Virus record (IMG/VR): IMGVR_UViG_3300003177_000010
Coordinates: 1 to 64,000 of that record
Source of the DNA: a virus
DNA: 64,000 nt
Strand: one strand, 5' to 3'
This document shows, in pieces, positions 30,778 to 40,312 of this stretch. Made by a program: the position numbers and the translations under genes. Each line of letters begins with the position of its first letter. Within the stretch, counting starts at the first letter, position 1. Under the pieces are notes generated by a model, which was not told the DNA's origin, did no database searches, and worked only from the letters and a program-made list of their open reading frames with translations.

Positions 30778-30908
30778 TATAAAGAAAATAACCCCATTAC
30801 ATACTACGTATGCTTGCTGAACCATTACGCCACGGTTCTAGAGCTTTTGTTTTGCTACGCTGGGTAATGCTCTATTACCCTATGGCCACTTGAGTTATTC
30901 TCTTTATA
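30778..30908 (-). ncRNA. Unassigned structured RNA
   Basis: About 17-bp terminal stem enclosing hairpins; starts at a promoter +1. Confidence 0.55.
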
Positions 30909-30964
30909 AACTATATTAACATTTATTTTAGCGTTAGGCAAGTTTAAATTTCATTTAATATCTG

Positions 30965-31405
30965 TTATCTCATTGCATTTAAAATATTGTTATAATTACC
31001 ATTCAAATCTATAGAATCATATTCCAGTCTATTATTACACACGTCGCAGAGTCCGTATTTCGCAGCAAAATCCATACATGATGTTTGCTTACCGCAGCAC
31101 TCGCATTTTTCTCCATATGCCCCATAACCATATGTATCAGCATTAAACTGATTTTTTGCTAATTTACTTTCAGGAAATATACGATTAGTGTTTCTATTCT
31201 CATCAAAATCATAGTATTTATCATGAATAATAGTTGATTTAATTAAATTTTGACTTAATGACATTATATCAAACAAATTTCTTCTTAAAACATTCGAATT
31301 ACTTTCGTATTTTTGACGATAATCTCTGCGATCATTCCACTCAGTAAAACCTATTGTAGGTTTATGAAAAGAACCTCGCAGAGTTTTATCATTTTCAGGC
31401 GTCAC
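30965..31405 (-). CDS. Hypothetical protein with C-terminal Zn finger (CECCG...CDVC)
   Basis: ORF. Confidence 0.65.
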   Translation of the reverse strand: MTPENDKTLRGSFHKPTIGFTEWNDRRDYRQKYESNSNVLRRNLFDIMSLSQNLIKSTIIHDKYYDFDENRNTNRIFPESKLAKNQFNADTYGYGAYGEKCECCGKQTSCMDFAAKYGLCDVCNNRLEYDSIDLNGNYNNILNAMR

Positions 31406-32162
31406 TTGAGAACCAAGATTTTACCTTTGACATAAATGTTACCTTTTTATTCTTGGCCAGATCTGTGTAAGAAATATTCTTAATTGTTTCAACCTCAATA
31501 AGAGATTCTGAAACAATTCGATTAATGTTATCAATATCTACGCTAATTTTCTTGCCTGGTTTTTCGATGCCAATTTCTCGCATTCTATCAAGCATTTTTG
31601 TAAATGTCAAATCACAGAATTCATCTTCCCAATCTGTGATAAAATACATTCGATCGTGTTTTAAATTAATTTTCTCGTTCAAAAACATACCAAAAACGAT
31701 TGGATCTCTGTTACGGGCGACAAAACTTTTCTGTTCAGGAGTATTGACTTCTTCATCCGTAAAATCTGTATAGATAACAACTAAAAGATCAAAGATTTCA
31801 AGATTACGAGCTTTTTCAATATCTTCTACGTTCATATCAGGAATAACACGAGGAAAGTTTTCAAGCTCAATAATTTTTACAGAATTTTTTGGTGTAATTG
31901 AATCAATAAGTCTAACAACATCTTGGCGATATACAAAATCTTCATATCCTAGAGAGTTAAGAATCATTTCTTTTTCAAGAATTTGCCACATATAAGCTGA
32001 TTTATGGGAGAGATTTTTCTGACCAAGACGTTCCGCCTTTTGAATTTCTTTACCAAGAAATGCCATATTATCTTCAAGCTTTTTATATTCCATTTTGTTG
32101 ATTTTAGTTTTCAACTCAGCGAAATAATCCTTTGGCTCTGTAATATTATCATCTTCTATCAT
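31395..32162 (-). CDS. Conserved hypothetical phage protein
   Basis: VKIIELENFPR.IP, RDPIVFG, YFI.DWEDEFCDLT; AGGAG SD. Confidence 0.75.
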   Translation of the reverse strand: MIEDDNITEPKDYFAELKTKINKMEYKKLEDNMAFLGKEIQKAERLGQKNLSHKSAYMWQILEKEMILNSLGYEDFVYRQDVVRLIDSITPKNSVKIIELENFPRVIPDMNVEDIEKARNLEIFDLLVVIYTDFTDEEVNTPEQKSFVARNRDPIVFGMFLNEKINLKHDRMYFITDWEDEFCDLTFTKMLDRMREIGIEKPGKKISVDIDNINRIVSESLIEVETIKNISYTDLAKNKKVTFMSKVKSWFSSDA

Positions 32163-32202
32163 GTTATCTCTCCTGTTAACTATAGAATAATAATTATAAT
32201 AA

Positions 32203-32535
32203 AGTAGACCCGTTTGGTAATACGGTGGAGTCTATACCGCAAAAAGGATTAGGCAACTAGTGCATAATCTTTAGGTGCTATGTTATCGTTTGCATTTACG
32301 AGTTTTGAGCCGATGTGGTGTGCTCATCCAGTAATCTCCACTTTATCCCCAATGTCATTCGATCCTATTTCGACCCCATTATAAGTATATCAGTTTCAGG
32401 GTTCGAACCCTCTTACGGCCTAAATAAACTGTTATAATCACCAATGGCCACTGTACACTCAGTGTCAATATACTTATGGTGGAGTCGCTGGGTACTGCCC
32501 CCAGGTCATGTCCATTTTTGTATTGTTTCATCAAT
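32203..32535 (-). ncRNA. ssrA: Two-piece (circularly permuted) tmRNA; tag ANDNIAPKDYALVA*
   Basis: Acceptor piece ends CGACTCCACCA (32477); coding piece starts GGGGTCG (32377); G3:U70; GGCAGTA T-loop; tag frame 32293-32249; outer ends approximate. Confidence 0.93.
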
Positions 32536-32776
32536 TACTAGGTGTCTTTAAGGCGCATCCCATTCCTATTAATTTCGTCTTTATACTAAACCGGAGAACC
32601 GGCCTCAGAATAACTAACTCCGAATCTTCACCCTATGAAGGTGATGTAATTTCACATCTCTAACAATGTCAGTCATTAGATTAGTAGGTGGCACTAGTTA
32701 GATAGTATAGCTACCTACTAATTAAGTAAGAACAAGTGCAAAGGCACCTTCGTGGGCTAAGCCTAATAATTCTTAC

Positions 32777-33250
32777 TTAAAAATCTTCATAGTACAATAT
32801 AGGTTTATTAAAAGCATCCATATATTGCTTCATAACATCAGATAAATCTTCATCTTCAGTAGCTACTGGCGCTACTGGCTCTTCTGTACAAGCTGTAGGA
32901 ATACCTCCTACAGAATATACTTCGTGTATACCTGTTTGATATTCTCCGTCACCTAATGATTTAGTAACACGGCGATAAGACCAAGTAGGCTCATGATGCT
33001 TTACAGTACCTTTACTAATGGTAAATAAAGTTCTACCTTCGTTATTTAAAATTACATAGCCGCCTGTTTTATTATAATGAATTACTCCATCAATATTACA
33101 AGTATTAGCATCAGTACTGGTTATGCCTACTACTTCATTATTAAGTAAAGCACCGAAAGTACATGTAACACTTCGATATTTCTCCTGTATAGTAATAGTG
33201 CAGTCAGTATAATTTACTACTTCTATACATTTACCTAATAGACTTCTCAT
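32777..33250 (-). CDS. Hypothetical protein
   Basis: ORF; WSYR...IHEVY C-terminal domain. Confidence 0.65.
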   Translation of the reverse strand: MRSLLGKCIEVVNYTDCTITIQEKYRSVTCTFGALLNNEVVGITSTDANTCNIDGVIHYNKTGGYVILNNEGRTLFTISKGTVKHHEPTWSYRRVTKSLGDGEYQTGIHEVYSVGGIPTACTEEPVAPVATEDEDLSDVMKQYMDAFNKPILYYEDF

Positions 33251-33540
33251 TTTGTTTTCCTGTATTTAGGTTCAATTTTTTCGTAAGTTTTGGGAAAAAA
33301 GCGTGTATAAGACTCTTTTGTAGTTACTTGTAAAAGACCTTGCTCATCGCATAATGTACATGGTTCTTTATAGGTCTCTGTTTGAAAATCATGATAATTA
33401 ATTACCTTTTCTTTTTCAATAAAACCTATACCGCCACAGTTATTACACAACTTATCCTCTACAGTAGTACGTATATATACAGATATATCACCATATAGAC
33501 CTATAATATATTCGTCTGCTGGTAGCTCTTTTACAACCAT
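33247..33540 (-). CDS. DnaJ-type Zn-finger small protein
   Basis: CNNCGGIG...CTLCDEQG. Confidence 0.6.
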   Translation of the reverse strand: MVVKELPADEYIIGLYGDISVYIRTTVEDKLCNNCGGIGFIEKEKVINYHDFQTETYKEPCTLCDEQGLLQVTTKESYTRFFPKTYEKIEPKYRKTK

Positions 33541-33616
33541 TATATTCCTTTCTTAAGAGTAATATAGATATTATTCCATTATTGGCACTCTATTTTATTT
33601 TGTTCTACGCACTAAT

Positions 33617-33692
33617 TGGTTGCGGGAGTAGGACTCGAACCTACGACCTCTTGGTTATGAGCCAAGCTAGCTGCCGCTGCTAACATCCCGCA
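33617..33692 (-). tRNA. tRNA-fMet(CAU), initiator-like
   Basis: TGCGGGA/TCCCGCA-ACCA, CTCATAA loop. Confidence 0.85.
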
Positions 33693-33869
33693 TTAATTTC
33701 TTTATACTCCAATGTAATACTAAAATAAGCGTTAGGCAATTTTAAACTTCGTTTAATAAGTACTTCAGCTATAAATAAGCCCTACTACAAAGTCATTTTA
33801 GTGACAGCTCACGTCATCCATATATAGCACCTGCAGACACTATGTACATTTTGTAGTAGGACTTAACTT

Positions 33870-33954
33870 TGGTGGAAGAGTGTCGAGTCGAACGACACGC
33901 TATTACACTCCGGTTTTACAGACCTTCTGCGGATACCCTCCGCTGAACTCTTCC
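33870..33954 (-). tRNA. tRNA-Tyr(GUA), atypical
   Basis: CTGTAAA loop, V arm, CCA; weak anticodon stem. Confidence 0.75.
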
Positions 33955-34205
33955 ATTATTTCTTATAGGATAAAGGACGTTACTTCCTTTTGACTCTCCT
34001 TTACGCTATTCAACGAAGTTGAATAATAACACGTCTATAAGCCTGCCACGGAGATCTCTTATAGTTGGCGGTCACTTAACTCTAAGTAAGTAATCCTATA
34101 AAAATAAGCAGTTATCACTCTACTCGTAAATACTACTAAAAAATAATAAATCTTGTAGTAACTGCTCCGATATACTGTAGATTTTTTTGATCGGTTTATG
34201 ACTGT

Positions 34206-34403
34206 CTACGAACCGGAAGTCATTTTTAGTATATCGTTTAATTGTTCTTTACTATGTATAGCTGCTTGAATTGCTATATCAAAATCTTTAGCATTTTTAG
34301 TATTACATAAGCAATAAAAAACTACGTTTTTATGTAACCCGCTGGAAATAGCATTTCCTAAGGCAGAAGCCATAATGTCATAATCAGAAATATCTTTATA
34401 CAT
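34206..34403 (-). CDS. Hypothetical protein
   Basis: ORF. Confidence 0.5.
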   Translation of the reverse strand: MYKDISDYDIMASALGNAISSGLHKNVVFYCLCNTKNAKDFDIAIQAAIHSKEQLNDILKMTSGS

Positions 34404-34671
34404 ATTGATACTTAATAGTGCTTAGGACTAATATACGTAGAATTATTTGCTGTAATTCTAAAGGAAAGTCAGCTGGTTTACCCTCTAAATAATTAATAAT
34501 CCTTGTTACAGACTTCTCATACCTTAATAATTCTTTTCTCTTTTTTCTATCTTCACATTTCTGAGAGCTACTCGCAAAATACTTTCTTTGCTCTTTGAAA
34601 TACGCAATATCTGTGTAGCTATAGCTACTAGCTAAATCCATTCTTAGTACTTTAGGTATATTATAGCGCAT
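34396..34671 (-). CDS. Hypothetical protein
   Basis: ORF. Confidence 0.55.
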   Translation of the reverse strand: MRYNIPKVLRMDLASSYSYTDIAYFKEQRKYFASSSQKCEDRKKRKELLRYEKSVTRIINYLEGKPADFPLELQQIILRILVLSTIKYQYV

Positions 34672-34947
34672 TATTTAATAATCTCTGCTGCGATACATAC
34701 ACCTCTAACTTGTGTTGGCTCTAACTGTGTGAGAGCTGCTTGACACGCTTCAAAGCTGTCTAGTTTCACTGTAGTTATTCCGTTATGGGATATAAATAAC
34801 ACCAGAATATAAGCACCTGCAGTATTAATCATTATGTTTCTTCTAAAAAATTAAATGCCTGAGAACCTCTTCATCTCTCACATTGTTCTGTAATTAAATA
34901 GCTATCAGGTAAGCACTATAAACCACTAAATTTATACTTGTATTATG

Positions 34948-35023
34948 TGGCGAAACTGAAGGGGATTGAACCCTCGACCTCCTACGTGACAGGCAGGCGC
35001 TCTAACCACTGAGCTACAGTTCC
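34948..35023 (-). tRNA. tRNA-Asp(GUC)
   Basis: Canonical cloverleaf, G73, CCA. Confidence 0.95.
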
Positions 35024-35114
35024 AAAAAATTGCTACAGCAGATGTTAATTAGGGCCACCTTACGAATTTGAACCACGAAACATTCCACTCATTTTGCTCT
35101 ACTCGATAATTAGT

Positions 35115-35192
35115 TGGTCCTGCCGACGAGATTCGAACTCGCATTGGTCTCATTGAAAGTGAGGGTTCCTAGTCCAATTAGAAGACGGCAGG
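35115..35192 (-). tRNA. tRNA-Glu(UUC)
   Basis: Cloverleaf, CCA. Confidence 0.9.
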
Positions 35193-35650
35193 ATATACTT
35201 ATGCTAGCTAGACACATATTTAACTAGTAATTTCTTACTGCTACAGGCATTAGGTAGTTGACACGGAGTGTCACGGCGCAACATTTAAGGGTATCCATAT
35301 ACACAAACAGAAGTATTATCGAGAGTGAGAATTGAGCCTAATATCTCTGTACTGTTATTAGGCCAATCCGCACAACGCATTAATTCATAGGCTATTACTT
35401 ATAAAAGCTGCTGTATACAAATTTAAAGCATTGCTGCTACCTAATTTTTACCTTTAAACTATTACTCTCCAATAATAGTGCTAACGTACTTAGTTAAAGT
35501 AGTAATTAGGCGCTGTTATTCCTTATACAGTAGGATTGAGTATTCTTTATCTTTACAGCTTATATCGGTTCAGGGGATACTATCCTAATAGCTACGTATA
35601 ACTAAAAGCATAAAGAAATGAGTATCTTCATTTAATTACGACCTGAATGT

Positions 35651-35727
<77 letters not shown>

Positions 35728-36005
35728 AATGAGTTAGGTTCTACTGCGAGACAGCGACTTAGCCAAACCTACGCGTTTGGTTCCATGAATTCGTATAGCT
35801 ACTATAATTTCTAGAGTTAGTAGCTATTTGAGGTATTGAATAGTTAATCCTGTAGTGTATACCGCACACTTTTATATTTAATTATTAAGGTTCAATAAAC
35901 ATAATAAACAAACCTACGATCACTCCCGCAATAGAGATTATATGATATAGTTCACATAACAAAACTATGTACCGTATTGAGTAACTATCTCAATTTAGTA
36001 TATTT

Positions 36006-36082
36006 TGGTAGTCCCACCTGGACTCGAACCAGGACTCAAAGCGTTATGAGCGCCCTACTTTAACCGATTAAGCTATGGGACC
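36006..36082 (-). tRNA. tRNA-Ile2(CAU), copy 2
   Basis: Identical to 28428-28504 except position 1 (G vs A). Confidence 0.85.
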
Positions 36083-36407
36083 AAAGAATAGGCTAGTAGT
36101 AATGAATATTCCCTACTAAGTTTCCTGCGGTCGGAGATTTGTATAATTTAGACCGCAACCATTAATTTGGAATAGCATGAGATTGATTAATTCTCTTATA
36201 CAGGAACGCTATTAATGCCTAGATAAGTATGTATGGAACACCTAACTTCTCCCTCTGTATACAATGCTCTACAGTTAGCAAATTTATTATCTCAGTTTAT
36301 TCTGCGTCTGGTTCCTACGAGTTAATCATTCTCGCCTCCCAAATCCCTCTTTATAACCCATTATAATATAAAAATAGGCTATAAACAAGAATAAACTTCG
36401 TTTAAAA

Positions 36408-36489
36408 TGGTAGAAGGCATAACCGACCCTATAAGGTTATCCGGTTTTCGTAGAGTTAGTCATACATCACTGAAATGACTTGCCTTCTA
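36408..36489 (-). ncRNA. tRNA-like RNA ending in CCA
   Basis: 9-bp TAGAAGGCA/TGCCTTCTA stem plus CCA, two internal hairpins, own promoter. Confidence 0.5.
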
Positions 36490-36606
36490 TTAAAAAATTT
36501 ATTTTGTTAAATAACTTTTCTTTATAATCCAATATAACGCAAAAATAAGCGTTAAGCAAGTTTAAATTTCGTTCAAAATATGATCTGTACCAGATTAAAT
36601 TGAACT

Positions 36607-36741
36607 TTATTAGCGAGAGTAAGATTCGATACTTACATTCTGAGTAGTCTCAGGCTTAACTTAGGGGATCTCGCTAATAACTATCGAAAGTAAGAATCGA
36701 GCTTACATTGCCTATAACAATTCATTCATCTGATTTCGATA
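36607..36741 (-). ncRNA. Two tandem mini tRNA-like RNAs (acceptor-like stem plus T-arm mimic)
   Basis: GTAAG-CTCGATT-CTTAC and GTAAG-TATCGAAT-CTTAC stacked on 8- and 12-bp stems. Confidence 0.55.
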
Positions 36742-36815
36742 TAACTAATATAACATTTAAAAAAGCGTTTAGCAATTTTAAACTTCGTTTAAAATATGAA
36801 CTGTACCAGTTTAAA

Positions 36816-37409
36816 TTAAACTTCGTTTAAAATCTTCTTTCTAACAACTTTATGTAATCCAGGATTTACTAGTAAGGCTCTAGGAAGAATTTCATGTCTA
36901 ATAAAATTACGCATATACTTAGTATCTTGATTAGATTTATCTTCTACCCAATTTACGTCGCGTTTATTGCACCAACGAATAAACTCTTCTTTTTTATTAA
37001 GTCTAAAAGGTCTAATAACATTCCTATTAGCATAAGGAATGATATTCCCTTTTCCGTGTAGGCTGCTAAAAAGCCATTGCTCTACACAATCATCTAAATG
37101 GTGTCCAGTAATTACTGGAGTATCAAAACTATGAAAAATAGAATATCTCTCATTTCTCCAATGCTCCTCTTGGCTTACTCCGATAGGAACTGTAGTATTG
37201 ATGCTAAAGACGTGTAAAGCAAGGTCGTTATTTTCAGCGTAAGTGGTGACAAACGTTTCTGCAATAGAACTTGTTTCGGTCCCATGATTTATAAATACTA
37301 AATTAACAGTATGATTATTCTTAAGAAAATCTACAATAGCTACACTATCTACACCGCCGCTAAATGCGACAGTTACTTCTCTTGGTAATTTCCCTTGAAT
37401 AGCAATCAT
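36816..37409 (-). CDS. tilS: tRNA(Ile)-lysidine synthetase (catalytic domain only)
   Basis: SGGVDS, INHG, R.ERY, GHHLDD, IRPF, ED.SN, RNFIRH. Confidence 0.92.
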   Translation of the reverse strand: MIAIQGKLPREVTVAFSGGVDSVAIVDFLKNNHTVNLVFINHGTETSSIAETFVTTYAENNDLALHVFSINTTVPIGVSQEEHWRNERYSIFHSFDTPVITGHHLDDCVEQWLFSSLHGKGNIIPYANRNVIRPFRLNKKEEFIRWCNKRDVNWVEDKSNQDTKYMRNFIRHEILPRALLVNPGLHKVVRKKILNEV

Positions 37410-37467
37410 TGTTTCTTCCTCTCTATAATTAAATATACATTATAAAAAAGAATTAAGCAACTATATT

Positions 37468-38049
37468 TTAAAAAGCACAGGCATATAAAAGATCTAAAGA
37501 TTCTTTTTCTTTTTGTACTGTTTCTATAGACTTAATGGGTATATTAAACTCATTATAACCAAGTTTAGCTACATCTATATCAAAAAATTTTAAGGCTTTT
37601 ACATAATCATTATATACCATCCCATTTACTAGGTCTACCTCAATGTGCTTAATATTATAGTTAGTATCTAATAAAGCACAAAGAGGTAAGTCATCAATTA
37701 TTAAAAATTTATCATCTTCTTCGGCATTATCCTCTATCCACCACAGTATTTCATGTGATCTTTTTGAGGATTTACTTTTAGGTGTTAATGCTACACGCGC
37801 ATAATCAAAACGTAGTCCACATTTATATAGTAAATCTTTTAGTTTTTTCTCTTCTAAAAACCAAGACCAGTTAGTAGAAAGTACAATTTTAGCATCTGCA
37901 TAATCAGCAATTAGATTATGTAAACGAACTGCAAAAGGGTCAAAAGTAGGTAAACCTTTTTTAGTTTTATGGAATTTATAGTTTTCTTGTAAAAAATTCA
38001 ATTTAGCAGGTAACAGAGGCCCGTCAATATCTACAAATATATAATTCAT
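37468..38049 (-). CDS. HAD phosphatase (RNA-repair Swiss-army-knife type)
   Basis: FVDIDG, IVLSTNW, R..EI..W, IIDD. Confidence 0.75.
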   Translation of the reverse strand: MNYIFVDIDGPLLPAKLNFLQENYKFHKTKKGLPTFDPFAVRLHNLIADYADAKIVLSTNWSWFLEEKKLKDLLYKCGLRFDYARVALTPKSKSSKRSHEILWWIEDNAEEDDKFLIIDDLPLCALLDTNYNIKHIEVDLVNGMVYNDYVKALKFFDIDVAKLGYNEFNIPIKSIETVQKEKESLDLLYACAF

Positions 38050-38050
38050 T

Positions 38051-38506
38051 TTAATTCCTCAAAAAAGTTAAAGCTTCAAGATAGTTATTATAAGACAGAC
38101 CGTCTATTAAGTCTGCTTTTATATTTTTAATGTTACTTTGTGGGAAATTCAGTAGTAAATCATCAATTACTAGAATTTTGTCTTCTGAGGTACAGTTAAC
38201 ATCTATCCACTGTTGTATTTCCTTAACTCTATTACCTACTTTATTAGTAACAGAGCTACTAGCGTAAGTAAAATTAAAGCCGCAATTATATAGTATATTT
38301 TTTATCTCATATTCAGAAAAGTAATTAGTCCAATTTGTTGCTAATATTATCTTAGCTTTTTATGCTAGTTTATTATAAGCAAAAACTGCAAAAGGGTCAA
38401 ATGTAGGTAAACCTTTTTTAGTCTTGCGATACTTATAATTGTTACCTAGCCTACTAAATTTAACAGGCAATAACGGGCCATCAATATCTACAAATACATA
38501 GTTCAT
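38051..38506 (-). pseudogene. Tandem paralog of the HAD gene with an in-frame TAA at codon 49
   Basis: MNYVFVDIDGPLLP...YNKLA*KAKIILATNW...VIDD. Confidence 0.8.
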
Positions 38507-38796
38507 CTTAAGCTTTTATAAAATTTTGAAGTTTCTTCATAAGCGCTTTCACATTCTGTGCAAGGCTCTCCGTTTATTTCCCCATACCCACCATTACAAG
38601 TATTATTACCACATTTCCAACATATATGCATATAACGGTCACAATGTTTACAAAAGGTTAATTTATGCTTCTTATCTTTTGGTGCTATATGGTTACTAGT
38701 ATTGTAAGAAAAATCTAGAGTAGATATATCATAATCCCTAACTAACCTATAATAAATGCTCGGGACAGTGCTTTTTCCAATGTTATATTTCTGCAT
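38503..38796 (-). CDS. Cys-rich hypothetical protein
   Basis: CKHC...CWKCGNNTCNGG...CTEC. Confidence 0.6.
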   Translation of the reverse strand: MQKYNIGKSTVPSIYYRLVRDYDISTLDFSYNTSNHIAPKDKKHKLTFCKHCDRYMHICWKCGNNTCNGGYGEINGEPCTECESAYEETSKFYKSLR

Positions 38797-38940
38797 ATAC
38801 TATCTCTACAACTTTTTCGTAGTCGTTATAATCTGGCTTATCTAAGTGAAATTCTGGTATATAATTACTCATGTCTGTTCCCCAGTCTATTTTAGGGTAG
38901 CAAAGGTAAGCTTTTTTTTAACATAGTTAAATATCCTTAT

Positions 38941-39015
38941 TGGTGCTCCAGTCAGGAATCAAACCTGCTTCTCCGACTTACAAGATCGGGCATCATTCTT
39001 AAATGTTTCAAGAGC
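38941..39015 (-). tRNA. tRNA-Thr(UGU), divergent
   Basis: CCGAT-CTTGTAA-GTCGG, CCA; acceptor mismatch. Confidence 0.7.
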
Positions 39016-39019
39016 GTTG

Positions 39020-39436
39020 TTAGGTATATAGCGCTACAGCATATTCTATTTTATTGAAGGTGTTAAGTTTAGCTAAAGTATCTTCTATAAACCATTTATC
39101 TGCTATTTCGTCAAAAAATACTGCATTAATTTTACCTTTTGGTATTGTATAGCCTCTTTTTTCCCTACCTACCATTACTACTTTATCGTGTAAAATAGGC
39201 GTAAAGTTTTTATTATACTTTGAGTATATAATAGGATATTTCTCAGTACAAGCTAAGGCGTTAATTAGGTAACTTTTTCCTACTTGTCTAGGTGTTTTCA
39301 TTATTAAAGTTTTATACTCTAATAAATAGCTATAACGTGATAGATATTCAGGGTTATCACGTAATTTACTATTTTTCATTTCCTCTATTAAAGCAAACAT
39401 ATATACTTGAAATTTATTATCCATTAAGTACCTCAT
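39020..39436 (-). CDS. Small P-loop NTPase-like protein
   Basis: TPRQVGKS (Walker A), VFFDE (Walker B); start moved downstream of tRNA-Gln. Confidence 0.6.
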   Translation of the reverse strand: MRYLMDNKFQVYMFALIEEMKNSKLRDNPEYLSRYSYLLEYKTLIMKTPRQVGKSYLINALACTEKYPIIYSKYNKNFTPILHDKVVMVGREKRGYTIPKGKINAVFFDEIADKWFIEDTLAKLNTFNKIEYAVALYT

Positions 39437-39438
39437 GC

Positions 39439-39513
39439 TGGTTGGAGAGGCAGGATTCGAACCTACGATCTTCTGAATCAAAGTCAGACGTCCTACCACT
39501 AGACCACTCTCCA
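39439..39513 (-). tRNA. tRNA-Gln(UUG)
   Basis: Cloverleaf, U1:A72, CCA. Confidence 0.93.
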
Positions 39514-39821
39514 AAAATTATTGGTAAGGGTACCATTCCACCACACCCTCAATAATTAATTGTTATTACTACCGAATAGAGTAGTCTGTTTAAATTTCTT
39601 CAAACCTACTTTATTAATTGTTTTTAGAAAAGCTTTATATAGTGCTTGTTGCATAATTATATTCCTATAAATAAAAATTGCTATGATTTATTAGATACAT
39701 AGCCTTAGTAACTTACAAACAGCAACCACGCTGTAAAATTACTAATTTGACCGGAGGCATAACTTTTAGCACGAAAGCACTGGTAATACTTTCTATAGTC
39801 AGTGGGCTTTACCGGAAGACC

Positions 39822-39903
39822 TGGCATAAGCGCGAGGAATCGAACCCCTTGCCAATACGTTTGGAAGGTAGCACCTATCCAGTAGATATTAGGCTGCGCT
39901 TAT
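39822..39903 (-). tRNA. Atypical 8/4 tRNA, probably Trp(CCA)
   Basis: ATAAGCGC/GCGCTTAT acceptor, G73, TTCCAAA loop, weak anticodon stem. Confidence 0.55.
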
Positions 39904-39908
39904 ATAAT

Positions 39909-39983
39909 TGGTGCTTATGGGTAGAATCGAACTACCTACTCGGGGGCCTTCAACTCCCAGCTCTACCAATGAGCTACATAAGC
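39909..39983 (-). tRNA. tRNA-Phe(GAA)
   Basis: Cloverleaf, CCA. Confidence 0.88.
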
Positions 39984-40095
39984 AAAATAACTACAACTGA
40001 TTACAGACTTTTACTGCTTTCTACATACTAACCAGACAGCAGATAGTATAAGTTTTCTAAATAAACAAAAGGTACTAGTTCTTTTGTTTATTTCT

Positions 40096-40170
40096 TGGCT
40101 CCCTAGAAAGGATTCGAACCTTTGATATACTAATTAACAATCAGTTGCCTTACCACTTGGCTACTAGGGA
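40096..40170 (-). tRNA. tRNA-Asn(GUU)
   Basis: Cloverleaf, CCA. Confidence 0.93.
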
Positions 40171-40220
40171 ATAATTTTATTGCCGAATTATTTGCACTAC
40201 AAGTTAGAGCAATACCTCTG

Positions 40221-40312
40221 TTTTTTAGCAATAGGATTTGCACCTATAAGTCCTGTCACAGACAACCGGATTTTACTCCAGTCACGTATACTAGTTCCGT
40301 CATACTAAAAAA
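40221..40312 (-). pseudogene. Degenerate tRNA-Leu-like gene
   Basis: Leu-type D arm, V arm, ATAGG-TGCAAAT-CCTAT; abnormal anticodon loop; no CCA. Confidence 0.55.

Noticed and set aside
39020-39436. Terminase large subunit
   Set aside because: Walker motifs are similar, but the protein is only about 138 aa with no nuclease domain
39750-39820. Twister-like element after the atypical tRNA
   Set aside because: Only a short CCGGT..AAGCCC resemblance; the required pairings were not found
39292-40031. Plus-strand ORFs 39292-39555 and 39747-40031, and the 5' extension of 39020-39514
   Set aside because: They overlap or are antisense to tRNA genes
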